From an uncultured Alphaproteobacteria bacterium (GTDB lineage: Bacteria > Pseudomonadota > Alphaproteobacteria > ATCC43930 > CGMCC-115725): a DNA stretch of 64,000 bases. The position numbers were made by a program, and so were the translations under genes. The notes under the pieces were generated by a model. That model ran no database searches. It was not told the origin of the DNA and saw nothing but the letters and a program-made list of their open reading frames with translations. Where the stretch lies: the NCBI GenBank assembly GCA_963702685.1, contig CAVPDQ010000022.1:110677-174676 (forward strand), given 5' to 3'. This document shows positions 54,621-63,660 of this stretch, one piece after another (position 1 is the first letter of the stretch; each line of letters opens with the position of its first letter).

Positions 54621-55814
54621 ATGAGCTGCGAGCGCCTTTATCAGCTGCTTCAGCCCGAAGAGCCCAAGCCTGCGGCGCGGACCTTTCGTGCGATCCATCA
54701 CGTGATGGTCGCGTTTGGGATCGCGATCATGCTGGCCGACACGGTGGCGCCGTGGCGTCAGGCGTTCAGCGGGGTGTTCGATGCCGGGTTCCAGATCGCA
54801 TGCGCGTTTTTCTTCATCGAATACTGGCTTCGGCTGATTGCCGCGGCCGGAGCGCCGGGTGCGGAGCGCAGCGGCCCGTGGCGTTCCCGCTGCGCTTGGG
54901 CAGTGTCGATCGGCGGCGTGTTCGACTTGCTCGGCGCTCTGCCAGGCATTCTCGATGTCGCATTCGACACCGGCTATGCGAGCCTTTTCGGCTTTGTCTG
55001 GGTGTTCAAGCTGGTCCGCTACGCGCCGGGCCTCGCCGGGCTGCAGCGGGTCATCGGCCGTGCCCGCCACGCGCTGCTCGCCGTATTCCTCGCTTTCGGC
55101 ATCGTGCTCCTGCTGGCCGCGACCTTCGCCTACCTGATCGAGCGCAATGTTCAGCCGGGAGGGTTCGGCTCGGTGCCGGCGGCGCTGTGGTGGGCGATCG
55201 TCACCTTGACGACGACCGGCTATGGCGACGTGATCCCGGTGGGGGTGGCCGGGCGGATTTTGAGCGGCATCGTCATGGTCGGCGGGATCATGGTCTTTGC
55301 CTTGTGGGCCGGCATCCTGGCGACCGGCTTTGCCGAAGAAACGCGGCGGCGAGAATTCCTGCGGACGTGGGACCTCGTCGCCAAAGTCCCGTTTTTTCAT
55401 GAAGTCGGCGCGTCTGCAATTGCCGAGGTCGCGCGTCTGCTGCGGCCCCGCGAATATCCGGCGGGTGCGGTCATCGTTCGCCGCGGCGAGCCCGGCGATT
55501 GCATGTATTTTGTCGCCGAGGGCGAAGCCGAGGTACGGGTGCAGCCAAAGCCGGTGCGGCTCGGACCCGGCGACTTCTTCGGCGAGGTCGCGCTCCTGAC
55601 CGGCGGGCCGCGCAACGCGACGATCGTGGCATCGCGGCCTTGCACCTTGCTCGCCCTCGATATCGTCGATTTTCGCGAGCTGCTCGGGCGCCAGCCGGAA
55701 TTGGCGCGCGTTATACACGCCGAAGCAGAACGCCGGCCCGGCGCCGCCGCCAAGGCGCCGCCGCTTCAGGAACGTCCGCCGCCGGTCGAGGTGACGAGCG
55801 CGAGCGGCTCGTAA
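54621..55814 (+). CDS. Cyclic-nucleotide-gated potassium channel (MloK1-like)
   Basis: Transmembrane helices, the selectivity filter TTTGYGD, and a C-terminal cNMP-binding domain (FFGEVALLTGGPRNATIVA). Confidence 0.85.
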   Translation: MSCERLYQLLQPEEPKPAARTFRAIHHVMVAFGIAIMLADTVAPWRQAFSGVFDAGFQIACAFFFIEYWLRLIAAAGAPGAERSGPWRSRCAWAVSIGGVFDLLGALPGILDVAFDTGYASLFGFVWVFKLVRYAPGLAGLQRVIGRARHALLAVFLAFGIVLLLAATFAYLIERNVQPGGFGSVPAALWWAIVTLTTTGYGDVIPVGVAGRILSGIVMVGGIMVFALWAGILATGFAEETRRREFLRTWDLVAKVPFFHEVGASAIAEVARLLRPREYPAGAVIVRRGEPGDCMYFVAEGEAEVRVQPKPVRLGPGDFFGEVALLTGGPRNATIVASRPCTLLALDIVDFRELLGRQPELARVIHAEAERRPGAAAKAPPLQERPPPVEVTSASGS

Positions 55815-56590
55815 TAGGTGGCGGGCAAGCCGGCAGCCGCGCGCGCCCTATGGTTGAACGGCGGTTTCAGGCCGCCCTTGAAACAGCGCCGCACGCGATC
55901 GGCGAACACGTCGGCCGGTGAGAGGCGGCGCGCCTCGCAGAGATGGTGGAACCAGCGCCGGCCAACCGCGACGTGGCCGATCTCGTCTTCATAGATGCGA
56001 TTGAGGATCGCTGCGCTGTCGCAGTCGCCAACCCGCTCGAGCTGCGCCGCCATTGCCGGCGTCACGTCGAGGCCGCGCGCTTCGAGCACGAGCGGCACGA
56101 CGGCGAGGCGCGCGAGCAGATCGTCGGCTGTCGCCACCGCTGCTTCCCAGAGCCCGTCATGGGCCGGCAGATCGCCGTATTCGACGCCTACATCGGCAAG
56201 CCGTTGCGCCAGCAGCTCGAAATGCCCGGCTTCCTCGACCGCTACTCTCACCCAGTCGTCGAAAAACTCCTGCGGCAGCCCTTCGCCGGCAAACCGCGCG
56301 ACGATGTCCCAGCCGAGATCGATGGCGTTGAGCTCGATATGGGCGAGCGCATGCAGCAGCGCCACCCGCCCGCCCGTCGAGCCGAATGCGCGGCGTCTTG
56401 GCATTTCTTTGGGCGGACGCAGCACCGGCCGAGACGGCCGTGCCGGACGCTTCGGCGGCAATGTATCGCCGATTGCGATCGCACCAGTCTGCCAGGCTTC
56501 GCCGAGCGCCCTGCTGGCCGATACCTTGGCTGCCGGCTCGGAAGTTCCCAGGATCGCGACCGCACCGGCCGTCAGCGTGGCTGCGATCAG
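55766..56590 (-). CDS. DUF455 (ferritin-like) family protein; start codon unresolved
   Basis: ALLHALAHIELNAIDL and EEAGHFELL di-iron-type motifs. There is no in-frame ATG, GTG or TTG near the expected N-terminus, so 56590 is a CTG. Confidence 0.65.
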   Translation of the reverse strand: MIAATLTAGAVAILGTSEPAAKVSASRALGEAWQTGAIAIGDTLPPKRPARPSRPVLRPPKEMPRRRAFGSTGGRVALLHALAHIELNAIDLGWDIVARFAGEGLPQEFFDDWVRVAVEEAGHFELLAQRLADVGVEYGDLPAHDGLWEAAVATADDLLARLAVVPLVLEARGLDVTPAMAAQLERVGDCDSAAILNRIYEDEIGHVAVGRRWFHHLCEARRLSPADVFADRVRRCFKGGLKPPFNHRARAAAGLPATYYEPLALVTSTGGGRS

Positions 56591-57051
56591 AGGGTCGCCG
56601 CCGCTTTCAACACTTCGCCGACATGGCCTGGTACCCGCACCTTGCGCCAGACACCGCGCACGGTTCCGGCCTTGTCGATCAGAAAAGTGGCGCGCTCGAT
56701 CCCCATATATTTGCGGCCGTACATGCTTTTTTCGACCCACACTCCGTATTTCTCGCACACCTCCCCTTGGGTGTCGGCGGCGAGAGTGAACGGCAGCGCG
56801 TGCTTTTTCTTGAACTTGTCGTGCGAGGCGACCGAATCCTTGGAAACCCCGATCACGACAGCATCCGCCCCGCGGTAATCGGGAAACGAGTTGCGAAAGC
56901 CGCACGCTTCGGCGGTACAGCCGGAAGTATCGTCCTTCGGATAGAAATAAAGAACGACATTGTGGCCCGCGAGCTTCGACAAGGTGACGCTGCCGTCGCC
57001 GTCGGTGGGCAGGGTGAAATCGGGGGCCTTGGCACCGGTCTCGACGCTCAT
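56587..57051 (-). CDS. bcp: Peroxiredoxin Bcp
   Basis: 154 aa with the motif YFYPKDDTSGCT. Confidence 0.9.
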   Translation of the reverse strand: MSVETGAKAPDFTLPTDGDGSVTLSKLAGHNVVLYFYPKDDTSGCTAEACGFRNSFPDYRGADAVVIGVSKDSVASHDKFKKKHALPFTLAADTQGEVCEKYGVWVEKSMYGRKYMGIERATFLIDKAGTVRGVWRKVRVPGHVGEVLKAAATL

Positions 57052-57347
57052 GCGGCCTGTCTCCTTGTGGCTTCGCCGCGTCCGACCTTGGTCCGGGATC
57101 GGCGGGGCTCCGAGGGCGCTGTCCGTTTTCGACGATACCACAACAGGCGTTTTGGGGGGGCGCAAGAGGCTCTTCAGGCGCAAGCTCGATCTGCGTTTTC
57201 GATCGAACGTGCCCCAGTCTCGCCGAAGTAGATTTACCTTGACCCTCCTGCGCCAGATGTCAGGGTAGCATTGTTGACACTCAGGCTCACACCGAGGGCA
57301 TGCCGGCCCGTTCAACCGTGGCATTTATCAGCGAGAAGGAGGCGGCG

Positions 57348-57605
57348 ATGTCAATTATAGGGTGGATCATCCTAGGTCTAATCGCGGGCTTTATCGCCAG
57401 CAAGATCGTCAACAAATCGGGTGAAGGGTTTATCCTCGACATTGTCCTCGGGATCGTCGGGGCGATCGTCGGGGGCTTTATCTTCAGCTTCTTCGGTGCG
57501 AATGGAGTAACCGGGTTCAATCTTTACAGCATGATCGTCGCAATCATCGGGGCGATCGTCGTGCTGGTGATATACCACGCATTGTTCGGCAGAAAAGCAG
57601 TTTGA
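57348..57605 (+). CDS. GlsB/YeaQ/YmgE-family stress membrane protein
   Basis: Starts MSIIGWIILGLIAGFIASKI, with three Gly-rich transmembrane helices. AAGGAGG precedes the ATG. Confidence 0.8.
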   Translation: MSIIGWIILGLIAGFIASKIVNKSGEGFILDIVLGIVGAIVGGFIFSFFGANGVTGFNLYSMIVAIIGAIVVLVIYHALFGRKAV

Positions 57606-57769
57606 TGGAGGTGGAGGCCGGCACGGGAGCGAAACCTCGGCCGCGGCCCGATCGGGCGAGAAGCCCCAAATAGCCGCCAAGGCTGGATGATGCGCCTCCG
57701 GCCTTGGGGCGCATCGCTACCTATTGCCGCCACACTTCTTATCGCCGTTTCAGCTGAGGGAGCCTGTGC

Positions 57770-58804
57770 ATGAAGAACGGCATGGTGATTATCGATGCCG
57801 ACGGGCATGCGGTGGATTACGACCCGGTGTACCGGGAGCGGATGCCGGCGGAATTCAGAAAACGGGCCACGTTTTATCCCTCGGACAATTTCGACCGGCA
57901 GCAGAACGGCAAGATCGACAAGCGTCCGGCTTCCGCGGCGCAGAACCTCGCCGACAACGACCGCGAAGGGATCGACCTCCAGATCATCTATCCGACCGGC
58001 GGGCTTTTCCTGACGCGGGTGCGCGAACGCGATTTTGCGGTGGCGCTGTGCCGCACCTATAACGATTGGATGCACGAATGGTGCGCGACCGACCCGAAGC
58101 GGCTGAAAGGGGTGGCGCTCGTGCCGCTTCACGTCGATGTACGCGCGGCAATCGATGAGATGGAACGCGCGGTAACGAAGCTCGGGGCGGTCGGCGTCAT
58201 GGTCAACACCTTCGACCGGAGCCGCAATGTCGCGCACCCGGATTTCTGGCCGTTCTACGAGGAATGCGCCCGCCAGGGGGTGGCGGTCGGGTTTCACGCC
58301 TCGGGCAGCGACACGCTCGATCCCTTGGGCCATTTCGACAATTTCTTGCAGGTGCACACGCTGTCGCACGCGCCCGAGCAACTGATCGCCTGCACCGCGG
58401 TCGTCTACAGCGGCCTTCTCGAAAAATACCAGGATTTGCGCGTCGCCTTTCTCGAAGCCGGGATCGGCTGGGTCCCGTATTGGATGGAGCATATGGACGA
58501 GGAGTACGAATTCCGTCGCTTCGACGCACCGCGCTTGAAAGCGAAGCCGTCGGAATACATGGCGTGCGGGCGCGTCTTCGTGTCGTGCGAGCCGGAGGAG
58601 AAGACCCTTCGCTATGTCCCGGATTTCTTCCCCGAGGACAATATCCTCTTTGCTTCTGACTATCCCCATTGGGACGGCGAGTTTCCCTATGCCGTAGCGC
58701 ATTTAGCCGACCGCAACGACGTCTCGGCCGAATTCAAGCGCAAGATCTTTTTCGACAACCCGCAGCGCTTCTACGGGTTCACGGTCGATGCGGTAGCGCG
58801 GTAG
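57770..58804 (+). CDS. Amidohydrolase-2 family protein (ACMSD-like hydrolase/decarboxylase)
   Basis: N-terminal IIDADGH metal site and a C-terminal SDYPHWD motif. Confidence 0.75.
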   Translation: MKNGMVIIDADGHAVDYDPVYRERMPAEFRKRATFYPSDNFDRQQNGKIDKRPASAAQNLADNDREGIDLQIIYPTGGLFLTRVRERDFAVALCRTYNDWMHEWCATDPKRLKGVALVPLHVDVRAAIDEMERAVTKLGAVGVMVNTFDRSRNVAHPDFWPFYEECARQGVAVGFHASGSDTLDPLGHFDNFLQVHTLSHAPEQLIACTAVVYSGLLEKYQDLRVAFLEAGIGWVPYWMEHMDEEYEFRRFDAPRLKAKPSEYMACGRVFVSCEPEEKTLRYVPDFFPEDNILFASDYPHWDGEFPYAVAHLADRNDVSAEFKRKIFFDNPQRFYGFTVDAVAR

Positions 58805-58806
58805 GC

Positions 58807-59877
58807 TCAAGGGTCGGGCGACCGCTGGCGGCGGCGGAAATTTGCACCGAGGACGATGAGCGAGAATAGCTCGAACAGCATTTGCGCGCCGACCATCGCG
58901 GTGTTGCTGGTCGGGTCGTATTGCGGGGCGACCTCGACGACGTCGCCGCCGACGATGTCGAGGCCCTTCAGCCCGTGCAAGATCGCCTGCGCCTCGCGCG
59001 GGGTGAGGCCGCCGGCCTCGGGCGTGCCGGTGCCGGGGGCATAGGCCGGGTCGAGCCCGTCAACATCGAACGAGATGTAGGTTGGCCCGTCGCCGACGAC
59101 CGCGCGCGCCTTTTCGACGACACCGGCGATGCCGAGCCGGTCCACATCCTCGATGTGCAATACGGTCATCCCCAATTCATACGAAAAGCCCCAGAAGATT
59201 TCGGCCGGGCCGCGGATGCCGATCTGGATGGTTCGTTCGGGGTCGAGGGCGCCTGCCAGCACCGCCTGACGGAACGGGCCGCCATGATGGAATTTCGAGC
59301 CGTCGATCTCGCCCATCGTGTCGCAATGGGCATCGATATGGACGAGGCCGAGCGGGCGCCCAACGCCGAGTGATTTCAGGATCGGGTAGGTCACCGAATG
59401 GTCGCCGCCGACCGAAAGCGGACGCACCCCGGCAGCGCGGATACGGTCGTAGAAGAGCGCGATGTCCTCGATCGACTGGTCGAGGCTGTAGCGCGACCGC
59501 ATCGGCACGTCGCCAATATCGGCGACCGCGCATTCGCCTCCAGGGGCGACGCCGAGCGCATGATTGTAGGGGCCGATGCGCTCGACCTCGCGCACCGCGC
59601 GCGGGCCAAAGCGCGCACCCGGCCGGTTGGTCACGCCCAGATCCATCGGCACGCCGACAAGGGCGACGTCGAGCCCGCCGAAATCAGGGAGGTCGGGCGC
59701 CTCCGGGCGATAGGGCGCGTCGAGCAGGGTCGAAACGCCGGCATAGGGCATCGGCCGGCGATAGGCGCTGCCGAAGACTTGGGAAAGCGGCTTCCGGAAC
59801 CGCTCGGGTGCAATTTCGGTTTCCTTTGCCCCCTCATACTTGGCGCGCAGCGCCGCAAGCTTCGCTTTGTCGAACAT
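58807..59877 (-). CDS. Agmatinase/ureohydrolase family protein
   Basis: Carries the arginase-fold Mn-binding motifs GGDHS, DAHCDT and SFDVDGLDP. Confidence 0.85.
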   Translation of the reverse strand: MFDKAKLAALRAKYEGAKETEIAPERFRKPLSQVFGSAYRRPMPYAGVSTLLDAPYRPEAPDLPDFGGLDVALVGVPMDLGVTNRPGARFGPRAVREVERIGPYNHALGVAPGGECAVADIGDVPMRSRYSLDQSIEDIALFYDRIRAAGVRPLSVGGDHSVTYPILKSLGVGRPLGLVHIDAHCDTMGEIDGSKFHHGGPFRQAVLAGALDPERTIQIGIRGPAEIFWGFSYELGMTVLHIEDVDRLGIAGVVEKARAVVGDGPTYISFDVDGLDPAYAPGTGTPEAGGLTPREAQAILHGLKGLDIVGGDVVEVAPQYDPTSNTAMVGAQMLFELFSLIVLGANFRRRQRSPDP

Positions 59878-59898
59878 CGGCAGGTTGCTCCGTCAACA

Positions 59899-59935
59899 CC
59901 CTCCCCCTCGATGGGGGAGGGATGGGGTGGGGGTG
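59899..59935. repeat. GC-rich palindromic (REP-like) element, copy 1
   Basis: Hairpin CCCTCCCCC-tcgat-GGGGGAGGG followed by ATGGGGTGGGGGTG. Confidence 0.7.
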
Positions 59936-60123
59936 GCACCACGCCAGATGGTCGACGATAACTGCATGCGTTCCCTCCGGTTTTATGACGGTTCGCCGAC
60001 CCACGGCACAACTCGGCAACCGCCGTCCCTACAAAAAGGGCTATTCCGCCCGCGCAACGGATCATGGATCGTGGTTGCCGCGATCGGAACTCCTTTGTCC
60101 GCATCGCTTGGCTCGGCGGCCGT

Positions 60124-60159
60124 CACCCCCTCCCAACCCTCCCCGATCGATGGGGAGGG
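60124..60159. repeat. GC-rich palindromic (REP-like) element, copy 2, inverted relative to copy 1
   Basis: CACCCCCTCCCAA followed by the hairpin CCCTCCCC-gatcgat-GGGGAGGG. Confidence 0.7.
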
Positions 60160-60198
60160 CTTCGCGAGAAGGGCGGGCAAAAAGGTTCTGCCTGGCAT

Positions 60199-61834
60199 TT
60201 ATCTCATTCCGCGGACCCGCGGCGGGATCAGCACCTTCCACGGGTCGGGCATCTCGCCGACCGCGACTTCGATCAGCGTCGTGCCGCGGCGCTTCAACGC
60301 GGCGGCGAGCTCGGTGCGCAGACCCGCGGGGCTCGTCGTGCGCACCCCGGCCACACCAAAGCTCTCGGCCATTTTCGGGAATTGCGGGTTCAGCGAGATC
60401 GACGCCGATCAGCCGATTGCCGTAATCCTCCTTTTGCATGCGCCGCACATTGCCGAAAGCGCCGTCGGCAAAGACGATCGCGACGATATCGATGCCGTGC
60501 CGCACCGCAGTCGATAATTCCTGGACGTTGTACATAAAGCCGCCATCGCCCGAGACCGAGACGACCGGCAGATCGGGCCGGCCGACCTTGGCGCCGAGGG
60601 CGGTCGCGAAACCGAAGCCGAGCGTGCCCTGATAACCGCTGTGGATATAGCTGCGCGGCCGGTAAACCGGAAATGCCATGCGGCCGACATAGCCGACCTG
60701 GGTCAAATCTTCGACATAGATGCCGTCATCCGGCAATTCGGCGCGGATCGCCTGCAAATATTCGCATTGCGGGCCAAGCCGCTCGGCGAGGTGGGCGAGG
60801 GTGCGGGATTTGAGGGCTTCGAGCTCGTCGCGGCGCGAGGCGCGCTTGGGCGCAAGCCGGTCGAGGGCGCGGTGGAGCGCCATGAGCGCCGCCTTGGCGT
60901 CGCCGACGATGCCGAGGCCGGGCTTGAAAAAGCGGGTGATTTCGACAGGGTCGACGTCGATCCGGATCAATGTCAGGTCGCGGTCGGTGCCCCAGCGCAA
61001 TTGCGGCTGATGCAGCCGCGTGCCGACCGCGAGCACAACATCCGCGGTGCGCCACAATTCGTGGCCGGCGAGCGCCGATTGCGCCAGATAATGGCGGTCG
61101 CTCAAAATACCTTTGCCGCCGGTAAAGCTGACGACCGGGGCCTGCAGCATCTCGGCGACGGCGAGCACCTCTTCGCCCGCTTCGACCGCACCGCCGCCGA
61201 TAAAGATCAGCGGGTTTTTGGCGGCGGCAAGGAGCCCCGCCGCGCGCCCGATCAGCTCGGGGTCGGGTTCGAGAACGGGCGGCGTCGCGGCCGGCGCCGG
61301 CAATGCCGCTTCGGTCGCAAGCGCCAAGATATCGGGTGCGATTTCGAGACCGACCGGGCGCGGCCGGCCGGTGCGCAGCTGATGGAACGCCTCGTTGACG
61401 AGATCGCCGGCTTGCGTCGGGTGGTCGATCCGCGCCGCCCATTTGGTCAGCGTCGAGAGGATGCCGAGCTGGTCCGGGATTTCGTGCAAAAGGCCAAAGC
61501 CGCGTCCGATCATGTCCGAGGGCACCTGGCCGCTGACGCACAGCACCGGCGTGTTGGTCGCATAGGCGGTGGCGAGGGCGGCCGTCGTGTTGAGCAGCCC
61601 CGGCCCCGGCACGACTGCATAGGTGCCGACCTTGCCGGTGGCCCGCGCATAGCCCAAGGCCATGTAGGCCGCCCCCTGCTCATGGCGGGTGTGGATGATC
61701 CGCAACGCGTCGCCGGCATCGTAGAAGGCGACAAAGAGGGCATCGTTCTGCACCCCCGGCAAGGCAAAGACCGTGTCCACGCCGTTCCGGCGCAGCATCT
61801 CGACCAGCGCCCCGCCTCCCGTCATCTTGGCCAT
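60199..61834 (-). pseudogene. Thiamine-diphosphate-dependent enzyme (acetolactate-synthase-like), frameshifted near its 3' end (or an assembly indel)
   Basis: ATG at 61834 is preceded by AAGGAA, and the TPP motif GDGGFMYN is present. After ...GNRLIGVDL the family-like sequence (NPQFPKMAESFGVAGVRTTSPAGL...EVAVGEM) continues in another frame down to the TAA at 60199. Confidence 0.75.
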
Positions 61835-61885
61835 TACGCATTCCTTTCCGAGGCCCACCACCGCCGGCTGCTCATGAAGCGACAG

Positions 61886-62104
61886 CTATTCCGCCGCCGC
61901 CCGCGGCGCATCGTCGAAAATGATCGACATGACGAGGTCCCGCTTTTGCGACGCATGCTGCACGTCGTAGCCCACCGGCTCGCCGTCTTCGCCGAGGTCG
62001 AGCATGACGTCCTCCTCGAGCTCGCGCGTCCGCTTGGCCGCCATGGGTCTGAGCTCGATGTAGAGGCTGTCCGTGGATCTGTCGTATGAAAGTCGGACGC
62101 TCAC
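61886..62104 (-). CDS. DUF2283-family protein (putative antitoxin)
   Basis: MSVRLSYDRSTDSLYIELRP...GEDGEPVGYDV pattern. GTGA overlap with the upstream gene. Confidence 0.6.
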   Translation of the reverse strand: MSVRLSYDRSTDSLYIELRPMAAKRTRELEEDVMLDLGEDGEPVGYDVQHASQKRDLVMSIIFDDAPRAAAE

Positions 62105-62370
62105 GGGCGATAGTCCTCGTCGTGAAAGGCATTGTGAACGGTCTCGCCGTCAGAGAGTAGCACGACCCGAAGGTAGCCGCGGAGGCTTGCCGCATAGCCC
62201 CATAATCGTATGCGGCCATCGGCCTGCACCTGGCGGCGTTCTGGACGGCCGATGATCCTCCGGATCTCGATGGGGTCGAGATAGTCGCGCCGGGCGAGCA
62301 CATCGAAGGCAAAATACCGTGTGCGCCAGAACGGCGGTGGCGGAAGCCGCTCGGGCTCAAACGCAACCAT
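62101..62370 (-). CDS. DUF4258-like protein (putative toxin, 89 aa)
   Basis: Internal ATG of a longer tracked ORF. Assigned by its size and its pairing with a DUF2283 partner, so this is a moderate call. Confidence 0.5.
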   Translation of the reverse strand: MVAFEPERLPPPPFWRTRYFAFDVLARRDYLDPIEIRRIIGRPERRQVQADGRIRLWGYAASLRGYLRVVLLSDGETVHNAFHDEDYRP

Positions 62371-62420
62371 GAAACCCCGGCTGCCGTCTGGTAAGGCCCT
62401 TGCGGACCCGGTCTCGCCAC

Positions 62421-63299
62421 CTACTCTTCGAAATCGTAGCGGTAGGTGCTGTTGTGGCGGCGGATATGGCCGACGGTCGGCGTCGGGAAATGCGCCGGCA
62501 GAAGCCGCGTGCCGCGGTCGGCATGCTCCTCGATCAGGCGGGTGCGGGTTTTGCGGGATAATTCGCGGTCGGTGCAGGCGATCGTGGACCATTCCGGCCG
62601 GATCAATTGCAGCGGGTGGTGCAGCACGTCGCCCAGGAAGACCGCGCGGTCCTCGCCTGAGCGGGCATGGATCACGACATTGCCCGGGGTGTGGCCGGGG
62701 GCGGCTTCGAACCAGAGCCCGTCATCGAGCGCGAAATCGTCATCGACGAGCTGCGATTGCCCGGTGCGCACGACCGGCAGAACGCTGTCCTCGAAGGCGC
62801 GGCGATGCGGCGTGTCCTCGCCATCCTTGTGCAAATTCTCCCAATGGTCGTACTCGCGGCGCGCCATGACATAGCGCGCATTGGGAAAAGTCGGGACCCA
62901 GCGACCGTTGTCGAGCCGGGTGTTCCAGCCGACATGGTCCCAGTGGAGATGCGTGCACATGACATAATCGACCGCCTCGGGCTCGACCCCGGCTTGTCTC
63001 AGATCGGCCAGGTAGTTGCTGCGCAGCCGATGGAATTGCGGCCGGGTCGGGCGCTCCTTGTCGTTGCCGAGACAGGAATCGACAAGGATCGTGTGATGCC
63101 CGGTCTTGATCACAAAGCTGTGGAAGCTGAAGACCAGCCGACCGGTCGCCGGATCGATCAGCCGCGGCCCCAGGAGATCGGCGTTGGCGCGCACCACTTC
63201 GGGGTCGAAATCGGGAAAAAAATCCGCGGCCGGAAAAAACGGCCCTTCGTATTCGGTGACGCGATGGACCTCGAAATCCCCGATCCTGGTGATTTGCAT
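62421..63299 (-). CDS. MBL-fold metallo-hydrolase (lactonase-like)
   Basis: HLHWDH zinc motif. 292 aa. Confidence 0.85.
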   Translation of the reverse strand: MQITRIGDFEVHRVTEYEGPFFPAADFFPDFDPEVVRANADLLGPRLIDPATGRLVFSFHSFVIKTGHHTILVDSCLGNDKERPTRPQFHRLRSNYLADLRQAGVEPEAVDYVMCTHLHWDHVGWNTRLDNGRWVPTFPNARYVMARREYDHWENLHKDGEDTPHRRAFEDSVLPVVRTGQSQLVDDDFALDDGLWFEAAPGHTPGNVVIHARSGEDRAVFLGDVLHHPLQLIRPEWSTIACTDRELSRKTRTRLIEEHADRGTRLLPAHFPTPTVGHIRRHNSTYRYDFEE

Positions 63300-63436
63300 G
63301 ATGTCGCCTCCGCAAACCGCGAAGCGGGGAGCCTACGCCGGGCCGATGGCGCGGTCGAGAGGGTGGCGGACGGCCGGGCTTCGACCAGTCGAGGGCGGCG
63401 TTCGATGCTACGTTCGCAGCTCGCGATGCTGCGAGC

Positions 63437-63512
63437 TGGTAGGCGCGAAAGGGAATCGAACCCCTGACCTCTCCCATGTGGTAGGAGCGCTCTGCCACTG
63501 AGCTACGCGCCT
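63437..63512 (-). tRNA. tRNA-like gene with anticodon loop ACCACAT (reads as CAC, Val) and non-canonical features
   Basis: Perfect 7-bp acceptor stem AGGCGCG/CGCGCCT with A73 and an encoded CCA. Canonical D arm (GCTCAGTGGCAGAGC) and T loop (GGTTCGATTCC). It has C at position 33 and one extra T between the T stem and the acceptor stem. Confidence 0.6.
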
Positions 63513-63541
63513 GTATCGGCCTTGGCGCTATCGCGTGGCCG

Positions 63542-63616
63542 TGGTGGGCGCGACAGGGATTGAACCTGTGACCCCACCCGTGTGAAGGGTGTGCTCTCCC
63601 GCTGAGCTACGCGCCC
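63542..63616 (-). tRNA. tRNA-Val (anticodon CAC)
   Basis: GGGCGCGTAGCTCAGCGGGAGAGCACACCCTTCACACGGGTGGGGTCACAGGTTCAATCCCTGTCGCGCCCACCA folds as a canonical 75-nt cloverleaf. Confidence 0.9.
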
Positions 63617-63660
63617 GCGCCGGCATTTACGCTTCCGCGCGCTCGCGCTGTCAAGGCACG

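Noticed and set aside
52777-54624. 615-aa plus-strand ORF
   Set aside because: It is antisense to the CapD-like gene, which has a clear Rossmann motif and transmembrane helices. This is a shadow ORF.
63437-63512. Reading the aberrant tRNA on the plus strand as tRNA-His (loop ATGTGGT, anticodon GTG)
   Set aside because: On the plus strand the T loop would be TGCCACT, the D arm would not pair, and the anticodon stem would gain a C-A mismatch. The canonical GGTTCGATTCC and GCTCAGTGGCAGAGC elements are on the minus strand.
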